A stretch of 38,218 nt of DNA from Sulfurospirillaceae bacterium (GTDB lineage: Bacteria; Campylobacterota; Campylobacteria; Campylobacterales; Sulfurospirillaceae), in NCBI GenBank assembly GCA_033723415.1, contig JAWVXD010000013.1, forward strand, positions 1-38,218, written 5' to 3'. This document shows positions 1 through 9,923 of the stretch, one piece after another (position 1 is the first letter of the stretch; each line of letters opens with the position of its first letter). The position numbers and the translations under genes were made by a program. The notes beneath the pieces are model-generated. The model did no database searches, was not told the origin of the DNA, and was given only the letters and a program-made list of their open reading frames with translations.

Positions 1-343
1 ACTCTACTATCTCTTTGGGTAATGCTGTGAATCCATTACCACTTAAATTTAAACTTTGTAAATTTTTTAACTCTACTATCTCTTTGGGTAATTCTTTTAA
101 TTCATTACCACTTAAATTTAAACTTTGTAAATTTTTTAACTCTACTATCTCTTTTGGGAATTCTTTTAATCCATTAAAGCTTAAATATAAACTTTGTAAA
201 TTTTTTAACTCTACTATCTCTTTGGGTAATGCTGTGAATTCATTACGACTTAAATCTAAACTTTGTAAATTTTTTAACTCTACTATCTCTTTTGGGAATT
301 CTTTTAATCCATTAAAGCTTAAATCTAAACTTTGTAAATTTTT
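1..343. repeat. 69-bp tandem repeat, about 5 copies, encoding the LRR units
   Basis: ACTCTACTATCTCTTT recurs at 1, 70, 139, 208 and 277 (period 69 = 23 codons). Confidence 0.95.
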
Positions 344-595
344 GCATAAAAAATTTACACTTTCTAAGTTTTTGATATTCACATTTATTAAGTTTAAATA
401 TAGCAGACTTTCTATCTTCAAAATATTTTTATATATCTCCAATAAATCTATATTTTTGAGATTTAAACCAATGATTTTATCGTTTTTATCTACGAGATAA
501 CTATCCTGAGTTGTATTGAGTCTCTCTTTAGAATCAACTTTTGTTAAATTAACATAATTTTTTTTCAATAATAGAATTAAATCTTTTATTTGCAT
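1..595 (-). CDS. Leucine-rich-repeat protein, 5' part (runs off the left edge); possibly a Roco-type or other LRR-sensor protein
   Basis: Manual translation from ATG at 595 (AAGGAA RBS at ~601-606): MQIKDLILLLKKNY...KNLQSLDLSFNGLKEFPKEIVELKNLQSLDLSRNEFTALPKEIVEL..., open to the window edge; 23-aa LxxLxLxxNxLxxLPxEIxxL repeats. Absent from the ORF track because it has no stop in the window. Confidence 0.92.
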   Translation of the reverse strand, partial: MQIKDLILLLKKNYVNLTKVDSKERLNTTQDSYLVDKNDKIIGLNLKNIDLLEIYKNILKIESLLYLNLINVNIKNLESVNFLCKNLQSLDLSFNGLKEFPKEIVELKNLQSLDLSRNEFTALPKEIVELKNLQSLYLSFNGLKEFPKEIVELKNLQSLNLSGNELKELPKEIVELKNLQSLNLSGNGFTALPKEIVE

Positions 596-654
596 AAATA
601 TTCCTTTTTTATAATCATTTTACAACTCTCTCAAACATCTCTTTTATCTCCGCT

Positions 655-1050
655 TCATGAGAAATTAAAAACATCTGTCTGCAAGATTCGCTTAGTATTA
701 TAAATTTCTTCTTTTGTTATTTTATTCCTATCATAATATATAAAAAAATCGGAGTTATTGTTTTGTTGTTCGAGTGCAAAAGTGCTAGTGAACTTTAAGA
801 AATTCAAGGAGTGAGAAAGAGCATACATGTATATTTGGTTTATATTGTGTTCATTCAAAACATCAAGGTCATTCATGCCAAGATGAGTGCTGATAATTTG
901 GAATAATCTTGACATTTCACAACCTATTGCCCTTTGAGTCTTTTGTATTCTATTACTTTTAGCACTTTTTTTCAAGACTTTTTGGCAAAGATGACAAATA
1001 TAACTTAGATTTTGTTTTTTTATTACACCTTTATATATAAATATACTCAC
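655..1050 (-). CDS. Hypothetical protein (131 aa)
   Basis: GTG start with AAGGA RBS, 10 nt downstream of the 695-aa gene; no confident family. Confidence 0.6.
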   Translation of the reverse strand: MSIFIYKGVIKKQNLSYICHLCQKVLKKSAKSNRIQKTQRAIGCEMSRLFQIISTHLGMNDLDVLNEHNINQIYMYALSHSLNFLKFTSTFALEQQNNNSDFFIYYDRNKITKEEIYNTKRILQTDVFNFS

Positions 1051-1060
1051 TTTGTCCTTT

Positions 1061-3148
1061 TTATCGTTTCAATTTTTCCATCGCTTTGTCTATTTTTCCG
1101 TACATCTTTGCATCCAAGGTGATTTGAGGAACTAGGATATCTTCTCTGTTGTCTAAACGCACCAATCTTTTGGTACTTAAGGACGGTATCTCTATAGAGC
1201 TGAAGCCATCTGGTTTTTTCCCTGTTAGCTTTTCTATGTGGTTGATCGCATTTTGAAAATCATTTCTGTCTTCGCAGTGAACGACCGGTCCGTCATAGCA
1301 AAATGGCATCAGACGCGATGTGTCACTGAGTCTTCTGTCTCGAAATACTTTGACCTTTGGGTTGCCTGTCGTGATGCTGCTGCCAGGACGATAGGAGTTA
1401 AAAACTACGGTTTGAAGATTTTTGGCATTTTTTATATTCCACTTTATAGCCGCATAAGAAGCAACAAAAAGCACGACCGGGCTCTTGGAGCTTTTGAGCC
1501 AGAGATCCAGTGCATGATCTTCTCTCCAACCGTCATAAAGACCTACCAGATAGACTTTGGTATTTGGTTTGATGAGCGTTTTAAAAGTACGATCTATCTC
1601 TTTCACGGGATCCAACATATCAAACAAAAAGTCAACTTGCCCGTAGTTGTTCTTATACTCGATCTCGATGCGGTGTTTGCCTTTGCTAAAGGTATAAGGT
1701 ATCGATTGTGAATTGCCGCCGCTGTAAACTACCTTACCGTCTATGATCAGTTTCACTTTTGCCCAACTCATAGCGAGTGTGAGCACTTTGTCCGTTTCCT
1801 TGTCAAATCGAAAATCCCCGATCCACAGCGCCACAAAATGATCAGGCGTGATATAGTGAAACTTTTGTTTTTGCGAATACAAGATACTGACTCTAGATAC
1901 TTTTTCAGAGTATATGACCTTATTGGCTCGTCTTGAGTTCATGTAAAAAGCACGAAAACCGCCTAGGGGGATTTGATCATCTTTCACTTTGAGTATCTTC
2001 GACCAAGAGCTTTTTTTATAGGCATAAAACGGATCTTTTCTTCGTTTTTGGGCATTGAGTTTGGCTTCTTGGATCTTTCTTGATATCTCTGCGATCTCAT
2101 CGTATTTTTTTCTATTGAGGTCGATCTCCGGCAAGATGAGATTTGCACTTTGTTGAGAAGGCGTAAAACCAGTTAGCTGCATCCCTGTGTATTGTTTGAT
2201 CTTTTCATTGAGTCGGAGAAATTTCTTGGGACCGTTTCGACAGATAAACCCTAGAGGAGAAGAGTCATGACACTCTGAGAGTTTTGGTAGTTTGGTGATC
2301 TCTGGCAGTTCTTTGGCTCTTAGTATCATCACTTTTTTACAGTCAGTTTCTATGGTCGTGCCGACACCGCTATAAACGATCGCTTTTAGGTGCGCATCTT
2401 CACAATTAGTCAATTTCCAAGATACCGCACCGCCGGAACTTTCCTTTAGAAATGCGATACTAGGATGAGAAGAGGATCCAAGATATACCGTCTTTCGCCC
2501 ATACCCAAAAGCATAATTGAGATGCATTCCCGCTTGCAGATAAGGCTTCAATGCTTTCGTGATATTTTCATCGCTGATGATCGGTTCATATTTGGTCATA
2601 CTGACGAACATCTTCGTAGGAGTCACATCCGTATTATAAACCTTTATACTCACATGATGAAAACCGGGAGAAAATGTATAATCATATGACTGCGTTCTAT
2701 CGATCTCTTTGATGATCTTTGAGTTGATCATAAGATCAGCTTTTGCCCAGGTCAAATTAAAATGAAACGTCTTTTTTACGCTAAAGGGAGTGAAGATCAC
2801 GCCGTCCATCAGGACATAGAAGTCTTTGTTCTTATCGTAAAACATCTTTTTGCTGACGAAGCCTTGTAGATAAAAAGACTTGCCTTGGTGATCTTCGATA
2901 GGATGCCTCCCTGTTCCGTCTAAACTTTGGATGTTCCTATAGGTGATATTGTGATAAGTGATATCGAAAGTGTTGATCGGCAGTTGAAGTACGTGCGGCA
3001 AAAAAGCCCGTCCCAGATACAAAAGCACTGCCAAGACCACTAAGACCAGATTGATCTTTATATGAGGCAGAGGTTTGATGCGGTTGATGATCAAAACAAC
3101 GATGATAAGGATAGCCGGGATACTCACAACGATATCAGAGACGTACAT
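1061..3148 (-). CDS. Membrane-anchored exported protein with two tandem copies of a PA14-like beta domain plus a Cys-containing domain
   Basis: Two N-terminal hydrophobic helices; PA14-like signature (FVALWIGDFRF...KLIIDGKVV...FSKGKHRIEIEY); visible internal duplication; AAGGAG RBS. Confidence 0.7.
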   Translation of the reverse strand: MYVSDIVVSIPAILIIVVLIINRIKPLPHIKINLVLVVLAVLLYLGRAFLPHVLQLPINTFDITYHNITYRNIQSLDGTGRHPIEDHQGKSFYLQGFVSKKMFYDKNKDFYVLMDGVIFTPFSVKKTFHFNLTWAKADLMINSKIIKEIDRTQSYDYTFSPGFHHVSIKVYNTDVTPTKMFVSMTKYEPIISDENITKALKPYLQAGMHLNYAFGYGRKTVYLGSSSHPSIAFLKESSGGAVSWKLTNCEDAHLKAIVYSGVGTTIETDCKKVMILRAKELPEITKLPKLSECHDSSPLGFICRNGPKKFLRLNEKIKQYTGMQLTGFTPSQQSANLILPEIDLNRKKYDEIAEISRKIQEAKLNAQKRRKDPFYAYKKSSWSKILKVKDDQIPLGGFRAFYMNSRRANKVIYSEKVSRVSILYSQKQKFHYITPDHFVALWIGDFRFDKETDKVLTLAMSWAKVKLIIDGKVVYSGGNSQSIPYTFSKGKHRIEIEYKNNYGQVDFLFDMLDPVKEIDRTFKTLIKPNTKVYLVGLYDGWREDHALDLWLKSSKSPVVLFVASYAAIKWNIKNAKNLQTVVFNSYRPGSSITTGNPKVKVFRDRRLSDTSRLMPFCYDGPVVHCEDRNDFQNAINHIEKLTGKKPDGFSSIEIPSLSTKRLVRLDNREDILVPQITLDAKMYGKIDKAMEKLKR

Positions 3149-3150
3149 TT

Positions 3151-3188
3151 ATCGCTCCTTTTTTACAGGCATAGTTCAAAGGAGCGAT
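3151..3188 (-). promoter_or_regulatory. RBS-sequestering hairpin in the leader of the 695-aa gene
   Basis: Perfect 11-bp inverted repeat ATCGCTCCTTT (3151-3161) / AAAGGAGCGAT (3178-3188); one arm is the SD sequence, ending 2 nt before the ATG. Confidence 0.6.
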
Positions 3189-3369
3189 CAAAAATCCACT
3201 AACGGATTTTGAGTTGGTACGGTATATTTTCCATAATTTTCATAAGAATAAAATGAGATTTTTAAATATGCAACTACCAAGCGCCCACTAAGTATGTTTG
3301 TATTTTATAATGATTATTATGATTTTGCAATATTTTTCCGAAGAATTTCTCTGTCATGTTAAATTCTAT

Positions 3370-5817
3370 CTACTTTTTTTGTGTTTTTTTGTTCATGATC
3401 TCCTGTTTTCCTTTTGGATAGCTTGGAATATTTGCTTCGATGATCTCTTTTAACTCGATTCCGTCGATCATCTCTTTTTTTATCAATTCTTTGGCGACTG
3501 ACTCGATAGCCGGCCACAATCGTTTGACCTCTTTTTCAGTCTGCACTTTGGCTTCTTGCATCCAGACTAACATCCTTTGCTCTATCTTCTCTGCAAGGAT
3601 ATCTTTCTGGAAAGCTGTTTCTATGCCGCTTATATTGATATATCCGAGTTCATCATCCATCCCAAATAACGCGATAGCAGTGTATGCTTGCATGCTTGCG
3701 ATCTCTAGGTCATTGATAGCTCCTGTCTCCATGCCGTCTTTTCCAAATTTTTTCATCTTCGAGACACGACCTGCGAGTAAAACACAGATATTAGCAAAAA
3801 GCTCCTCTTTAGAGACAGCATCTATATAATCATCAGCATGATATGAAACAAAACCAAGCGCTTCGCTCCGAGGAGCAACCGTTACCTGCTCGATTTTCAC
3901 ATTTGGGGAGAGTACATAAGAAAGTACTGCATGCCCTGCTTCATGATAAGCTGTCTTTGCCATAGAAGTTTCAATGTCGCGTATTTGTCTGTTTTCTAGC
4001 TTCGTTCCGTATTTGATGACATTTATCTGCTCCAAAAGCATCTCTTCTGTCAATTTTGTCAATCCTTTGCGTGCGGCGTAAAGTGCGGCTTCCTGACCGA
4101 TACGCTTAAGCTCATCTCCGCCCATCCCTGAGATATATCTCACGACTCTCTCTATATTTATATTCTCATCATGCGGTTTTTTCAATATCTCTTTAAGAAA
4201 AAAACGACGAGCTTCCATATCAAGTTTCGGCACTTCTATATGAATATCAATGCGTCCCGTTTCCATAAGCTGTAATGGGATTTTCCCACTCTCACTTATG
4301 GTAATAATAGTAAAGATAGGAGCATCAAAACTCTGTGAAATAGCATCTATTTCTTCTAGTAAAGGTTTAATATTCATCGTTGTGATCATGCCGTTCATCA
4401 AACCCTGAACATCGATATCTTCTAAGATCACGATAGCCGGAGCAGAACCATAGGCTTGTGCGTAGGCATTGTGAATTTTAGCTGCATCAAACAAGTCAGA
4501 ATCTCCTATGGTGATATAGGGCATATCCGCTTCATGTGCAAAAGCACGAGCCAATAGCTTTTTCCCCATCCCTGCGGGTCCGCAAAGAAACATACCTTTT
4601 GGCGGAGTCATGTCGAAGTTTTTCAAGCGTTGCGGCTCTTTCAGTAAAGCTAATATCTCTTTTAGTTCATCCTTGACTCTTTGCTGTCCTGCTATATCAT
4701 GAAATGTAATATCAGATACATGCAAAGCATCTTGTGATGTGACTTTTAGTTTCTCTTCGCTGTAAAAAGCATCTTCGATCAAGCACTCTGCTACTCCGTT
4801 TTTAATATGCTCACGCCAAACAAGTGTTATACGCTGATGTTGTTTTCCTATCTTTTTCAGGAGTAAGTGCTCATCTTTAAGCACCTCTTTGAGAAACATT
4901 TTTGCTTTTTTAGATACCGTATAGCGTATTTGTGTTATATTTGGATCTGCTTTCAAGACTGTGTAAATACGATTAAATACAATTTCGGGCAATTTTTTTC
5001 TGATATGTCTGGCATTTAGATATGGGGAGAGTGAAAGTGTTAAAAGTGAGATGAGTGTATCTATCTGCGTGTACTCGATCTCTACACCGCTTTCTTTAAT
5101 AAAACTTTGTGACATTTCATGCAGCGATTGTGCTCCTATCTTGATCAAGGCGCTTAAACTGAGTCTATTAAAAGGGATGATAGTGCATTCATTTAGAAGC
5201 GAAAGCAGTTTTCTATCAAAGACTTTTTCTTTAATGCCGTTTTTCAGGATCTCTTCTTGCCCTAGTCTTTCCATCAAAAAAGTATGTGCTTGCAGAGGAT
5301 CTTTCTTCAAAAGTTCACGCAGATCTTGACGCCCCAATATTTGACTCAAACGCGTGGTTGTCATGATAACGATGACATGTGAAAAGTCAACCACACTTCG
5401 TTCGGAATCGGAAAATAACGTATATAAAGATAGTTGTACCTGAGGGTCGGCTTTGTCGATATCTTCAAATAGTAAAATCGTATTGGGATGTTTTTCAACA
5501 AAATCAATCACATCCGTTTCGATACTGGCTGCTGTGAGTTGTTCTATGTTAAAGTTATAATTATATTGATCCATCTGAAATGCTTTTAGTTCATCGATCT
5601 CTGGATCGGCATGCACAAGCAGTTCGCCAAGATAACGCTTACCGCAATTGGGAGGACCTATAAAAGTAAATAAAGCTCTGACTTTAGATTTCACCAAGCG
5701 CATTTGAACCAAGGTTCTACTCAAAGTCTCAATCGCAAAATTTTGATCAAATAAACGCTCTTTTAGTTTCAACTCAAGCTGTAGTCCAAATTCATCACCG
5801 TCTTTGTGTTTCATCAT
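3370..5817 (-). CDS. Soluble double-AAA (ClpB-D2-like + FtsH-like) peptidase M41 protein with degenerate Walker motifs
   Basis: GPPNCGKR / LLFEDIDKA; GPAGMGKKLLARA / VILEDID; TAYHEAGHA zinc motif and GAINDL; no TM helices. Confidence 0.85.
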   Translation of the reverse strand: MMKHKDGDEFGLQLELKLKERLFDQNFAIETLSRTLVQMRLVKSKVRALFTFIGPPNCGKRYLGELLVHADPEIDELKAFQMDQYNYNFNIEQLTAASIETDVIDFVEKHPNTILLFEDIDKADPQVQLSLYTLFSDSERSVVDFSHVIVIMTTTRLSQILGRQDLRELLKKDPLQAHTFLMERLGQEEILKNGIKEKVFDRKLLSLLNECTIIPFNRLSLSALIKIGAQSLHEMSQSFIKESGVEIEYTQIDTLISLLTLSLSPYLNARHIRKKLPEIVFNRIYTVLKADPNITQIRYTVSKKAKMFLKEVLKDEHLLLKKIGKQHQRITLVWREHIKNGVAECLIEDAFYSEEKLKVTSQDALHVSDITFHDIAGQQRVKDELKEILALLKEPQRLKNFDMTPPKGMFLCGPAGMGKKLLARAFAHEADMPYITIGDSDLFDAAKIHNAYAQAYGSAPAIVILEDIDVQGLMNGMITTMNIKPLLEEIDAISQSFDAPIFTIITISESGKIPLQLMETGRIDIHIEVPKLDMEARRFFLKEILKKPHDENINIERVVRYISGMGGDELKRIGQEAALYAARKGLTKLTEEMLLEQINVIKYGTKLENRQIRDIETSMAKTAYHEAGHAVLSYVLSPNVKIEQVTVAPRSEALGFVSYHADDYIDAVSKEELFANICVLLAGRVSKMKKFGKDGMETGAINDLEIASMQAYTAIALFGMDDELGYINISGIETAFQKDILAEKIEQRMLVWMQEAKVQTEKEVKRLWPAIESVAKELIKKEMIDGIELKEIIEANIPSYPKGKQEIMNKKTQKK

Positions 5818-5954
5818 ACGCCCCTTGTTTCCAAAGTCCTATCATGACATGCTAACATAATGTATATAAGTTATCTAATTGCCAAAAGCTAAAATTTTCA
5901 CAAAAACTTCAAAATATTCCTAAAAAAGAGTAATTATCCTCTCTACAATAATTT

Positions 5955-6983
5955 TTATATGACTTCTTTTTTGATCCAAGGCATCAGTTTGGTGATGATC
6001 TCATAAGTGATAGTATTAAAATACTTTGCCAACTCGTTTGCATCATCAAACAGACAGATCTCATCTTTGTCACCTGCTACGCACAAACTATCCATAGAAA
6101 CACGACCCAAGATAAGTTGCCCGTTGGCGATTTTAAGATCACCCAAGCCGTCATATCTGAAAAATCCGTCTCCGTATCCTATATCGTAAGTCGAGATCAG
6201 AGTATCTATGGGAGCTTCCCAAACGCCGCCGTACCCGACTCGCTGTCCTTTTTTCAAAACTCTGGTATTAAGGCGCTTTGAGATCAGCGACATGACGGGT
6301 TTTAGATCATACTCAGCGATATTTTTGTCGACATGAGTATAGCCGTAAGTCGCGATACCGCACCTGGCAAAATCATCTTCCAACGCGCCTTCTTGTCTCA
6401 AAAGTGCGGCAGAGTTACAACAGTGAAAATTCGGAAGCGGCATATCTAGTTCATTTATCAAATGTTTCACTTTTTCTTTAGAGGCTTTAAAATTCTCTTT
6501 TTGCCAAAAAAACTCACTGTTCAGCTCATCGGCACTCCTAAAATGCGTAAAAACGCCCCTGAGATTGAGGTCATTTTCTTTGATAAATTCTATCGCTTTC
6601 TCTATCTCATCCATCTGTATACCGTTTCTGTGCATACCCGTGTCTATGGCTAGGTGGATATTTGAGCCTTTTGGGAAGGTTTTTAAAAACTCATAAGAGA
6701 GTGCTGCAAAAGAGATGTTCCCAGAGTGCAGTTCATGTGGAGGATGATCGGCCAAGATCAGGATCTCATCAAAATACTCTTGTATATCCAACGCTTCGCT
6801 CAAGTTTTTGACAGCTGCTTTTTTGATACCGAACTCACTTGCAAGACGTGCCATGATGAGGAGATCATGTCCGTAGGCATTGTCTTTTAGGACTGCCATC
6901 AGTTTGTCTTTGCCCCCAGCCTTGCCTGCCAAAAATCCTAGATTATGAAAATAGTTTTGCTTGTTTATGAGTATCTTTGACAT
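5955..6983 (-). CDS. alr: Alanine racemase
   Basis: AVLKDNAYGH PLP-lysine motif, HLAIDTGMHRNG, VGYGG, IGYGDG, GRVSMD. Confidence 0.96.
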   Translation of the reverse strand: MSKILINKQNYFHNLGFLAGKAGGKDKLMAVLKDNAYGHDLLIMARLASEFGIKKAAVKNLSEALDIQEYFDEILILADHPPHELHSGNISFAALSYEFLKTFPKGSNIHLAIDTGMHRNGIQMDEIEKAIEFIKENDLNLRGVFTHFRSADELNSEFFWQKENFKASKEKVKHLINELDMPLPNFHCCNSAALLRQEGALEDDFARCGIATYGYTHVDKNIAEYDLKPVMSLISKRLNTRVLKKGQRVGYGGVWEAPIDTLISTYDIGYGDGFFRYDGLGDLKIANGQLILGRVSMDSLCVAGDKDEICLFDDANELAKYFNTITYEIITKLMPWIKKEVI

Positions 6984-6988
6984 CGTAT

Positions 6989-7225
6989 CTATTCTGCTTT
7001 TAGATCGTAGGCTTTTACCAAATAACCTCGTAGTTTTCTTGCTTGATAGTCCAGTTTATGAAAGTGGCTGTAGACGCTTTTTGCATCAAGAGTGGGATTG
7101 CTAGAAAAATCATAATTGATACCGCGTTTATCCATAGGAATATTTGCATCCAAAAAATCGTAAAATTCTGTTCTGATCTTGATCAAAGTGTCTAATTCTT
7201 TTGCTATTTCTTCTTTTGTTGTCAT
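6989..7225 (-). CDS. Small hypothetical protein (78 aa), probably co-transcribed with alr
   Basis: ATG with AAGG RBS, 5 nt from the alr start; helical soluble sequence. Confidence 0.75.
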   Translation of the reverse strand: MTTKEEIAKELDTLIKIRTEFYDFLDANIPMDKRGINYDFSSNPTLDAKSVYSHFHKLDYQARKLRGYLVKAYDLKAE

Positions 7226-7382
7226 TTTTTTTGCCTTGAGATGTTTTTTATAAAATTATACTATATTTTCACTGTTCAATATCTCCTTATTTATTAAATT
7301 GACTCTTTTTTTTTACTTTTGTTTTAAATTTCTTTTGTTATGATGCTTCCAGTTATTTATATTAAGATATTAGGTAGTAGAT

Positions 7383-7745
7383 ATGTCTTCACAATTGTTA
7401 CTCTCTTCCATAATAGTGGCTGTTTTAGCTATTGTTATACCCGTACTTTTTTTAGCTACAAGTAAGCTTGGTCCTAGAGAAAAAAGATCAAAAAACAAAA
7501 ACATTCCATATGAAAGCGGTGTCAGCAAGTCCATAGGCGGAAGCGACAAGGCATTTAGCGTTAAGTTTTATCTAGTAGCTCTTCTTTTCGTGCTTTTTGA
7601 TGTCGAGATCATCTTCATGTTTCCATGGGCAGTAACTCTTAGAAAACTCGGAGTTTTCGGATTGATCGAGATGCTTACATTTATGTCTCTACTTGTAGCG
7701 GGACTCATCTATATCTACAAAGCAAAGGCACTAAAATGGCAGTAA
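7383..7745 (+). CDS. nuoA: NADH-quinone oxidoreductase subunit A
   Basis: [27 protein letters not shown]. Confidence 0.96.
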   Translation: MSSQLLLSSIIVAVLAIVIPVLFLATSKLGPREKRSKNKNIPYESGVSKSIGGSDKAFSVKFYLVALLFVLFDVEIIFMFPWAVTLRKLGVFGLIEMLTFMSLLVAGLIYIYKAKALKWQ

Positions 7746-8269
7746 ATGAAGTAAATACCGATGAAGCAATATTCGGCGATACAGTTATAACCACAAAATT
7801 AGACAGCGCCATATCATGGGCTAGAGAATCCTCTATGTGGCCTTATATATTTGGTACGGCATGTTGCGCTATAGAGTTTATGAGCGTTGCATCAAGCAAA
7901 TTTGACATCTCCAGATTTGGAGCTGAAGTCGTACGGTTTTCACCAAGACAAGCAGACCTCATGATCATAGCAGGAACAATCAGTTACAAACAAGCCCCTA
8001 TATTAAAAAGGATATATGACCAGATGACAGAACCAAAATGGGTCATCAGTGCGGGAGCATGTGCTTGCAGCGGCGGATTTTATGACAATTATACGACATT
8101 ACAAGGTATAGACCAGATAATTCCTGTAGATGTTTATGTTTCAGGCTGCCCTCCTCGTCCGGAAGCATTTTTGGATGGACTTATGAGAATACAAAAGCTA
8201 CAAGCAAAACCTGGCAAATATCTACAAAATAGAGCGAAAAGAGAATTTAAAGGATTGCTTGATGCTTAA
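7736..8269 (+). CDS. nuoB: NADH-quinone oxidoreductase subunit B
   Basis: [38 protein letters not shown] (N2 ligands). Confidence 0.97.
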   Translation: MAVNEVNTDEAIFGDTVITTKLDSAISWARESSMWPYIFGTACCAIEFMSVASSKFDISRFGAEVVRFSPRQADLMIIAGTISYKQAPILKRIYDQMTEPKWVISAGACACSGGFYDNYTTLQGIDQIIPVDVYVSGCPPRPEAFLDGLMRIQKLQAKPGKYLQNRAKREFKGLLDA

Positions 8270-9923
8270 CAGGTTTGAGACAGAGTTTGTTCACACAAAA
8301 GAAGATGAAAAATACATCTTAGATGTAAAAAATATAAAAGATGCTATAAAATACTTAAAAGAAAATCTAAAATACGATTTTTTAGTTGATATAACGGCGA
8401 TTGACTACTCAAAATACGTTGAAAAACGCCCAAAAAGATTTGCTATTCTTTATATCTTGCGAGATGATAGCTTTAAAAATATGATGATCTTAAAAGCATA
8501 TCTTGAAGAAGATGAGATCATAGAATCCATAACAGATATCTACAAAGCGGCAAATTGGTGCGAGAGAGAAGTTTGGGATCAGTACGGCTTAAAATTTAGA
8601 AATCACCCCAACCTCAAAAGAATTCTCAACCACAAAGAATTTATAGGTTATCCGCTTAGGAAAGATTATCCGATAACACAAGGTCAGCTTTGTACTCAGA
8701 CAGATGATCTTATGGATGAGATGACCCCTAGGCTAAAGGCAAAAGGTTATGACGACAGCGAAGAGTTGATGCTCCTAAATATGGGACCTGCACACCCTGC
8801 AAGTCACGGAACGATACGAACTTTCGTAGCACTTGAGGGCGAGAGTATCGTAACTGCGGTTAGTGAGATAGGCTATCTTCACAGAGGATTTGAAAAATCT
8901 TGTGAAAATCATACATATAATCAAATCATCCCTTATACAGATAGACTAAATTACTGCTCAGCGATCCTGAACAATATAGCATTTGCTCATACGGTTGAGG
9001 GCATGCTCGGTATCGAACTGCCGGATCGGGGCAAATTCATCAGGGTAATCATAGGCGAACTTTCAAGGATCATAGATCACCTTGTCTGCTTGGCAGCGAT
9101 TCTTGTGGATATGGGAGCTTTGACAAACTACTGGTACCTATATAATCCAAGAGAAACAGCATATAAACTACTATCAAAGCTAACAGGTGCCAGACTGACG
9201 AACTCTTATATGAGAATCGGTGGGATGACTCATGATCTATACTATGATTTTGATGAAGATATCAGAGCGTGTATCAGAGATGTCGAAAAAGGTGTCAGCG
9301 ATACGTTGAGCCTGATAGAGCACAACAGGATCTTTCATGACAGAACGCAAAATGTCGGAACAGTCAGTAAAGAAGATGCTATAAATAGAGGATTCAGCGG
9401 TCCAAATCTACGAGCAAGCGGTGTAAATTATGATCTTAGAGTCGCAAAGCCGTATTATTATTATGAAACTTTTGATTTTGACGTAGCGGTAGGAAGTACC
9501 GGAGATATTTATGATCGTATGATGGTCAGATTTGAAGAGATAAGACAAAGTATAAAGATCATAAATCAAGCTATAAGTGTCATACCCGGAGGCAGGATCA
9601 ACGTGGACGATCACGCGGTCTCATTCCCAAGCAAAGAAAATGTTTACTCAAATATTGAAGGTCTGATGAACCAGTTTAAACTTGTGTATGAAGGCGTCAA
9701 AGTTCCTGCCCTTGAGTATTACAGTGCCATAGAAGGCGGCAATGGTGAACTAGGTTTTTATATCGTCAGCGATGGAAGCGGCACCCCATACAAAGTAAAA
9801 GTCAAACCGCCTTGCTTCAACGCGATGGCATCATTACCTGACATCATAGAAGGGGGCATGATCGCAGATGCCGTTCTTACACTTGGAAGTTTAAATATAA
9901 TAGCAGGAGAATTGGATAGATGA
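8262..9923 (+). CDS. nuoCD: Fused NADH-quinone oxidoreductase subunit C/D
   Basis: NuoC motifs ([22 protein letters not shown]) fused to NuoD motifs ([21 protein letters not shown]-terminal GELDR); ATG at 8262. Confidence 0.96.
   Translation: MLNRFETEFVHTKEDEKYILDVKNIKDAIKYLKENLKYDFLVDITAIDYSKYVEKRPKRFAILYILRDDSFKNMMILKAYLEEDEIIESITDIYKAANWCEREVWDQYGLKFRNHPNLKRILNHKEFIGYPLRKDYPITQGQLCTQTDDLMDEMTPRLKAKGYDDSEELMLLNMGPAHPASHGTIRTFVALEGESIVTAVSEIGYLHRGFEKSCENHTYNQIIPYTDRLNYCSAILNNIAFAHTVEGMLGIELPDRGKFIRVIIGELSRIIDHLVCLAAILVDMGALTNYWYLYNPRETAYKLLSKLTGARLTNSYMRIGGMTHDLYYDFDEDIRACIRDVEKGVSDTLSLIEHNRIFHDRTQNVGTVSKEDAINRGFSGPNLRASGVNYDLRVAKPYYYYETFDFDVAVGSTGDIYDRMMVRFEEIRQSIKIINQAISVIPGGRINVDDHAVSFPSKENVYSNIEGLMNQFKLVYEGVKVPALEYYSAIEGGNGELGFYIVSDGSGTPYKVKVKPPCFNAMASLPDIIEGGMIADAVLTLGSLNIIAGELDR

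Noticed and set aside
1..343. Possible CRISPR array
   Set aside because: Contiguous 69-bp coding repeats without unique spacers; no cas genes in the window.
15..500. 161-aa plus-strand ORF
   Set aside because: Antisense shadow of the LRR gene; the minus frame has an RBS, an ATG and the canonical LRR consensus.
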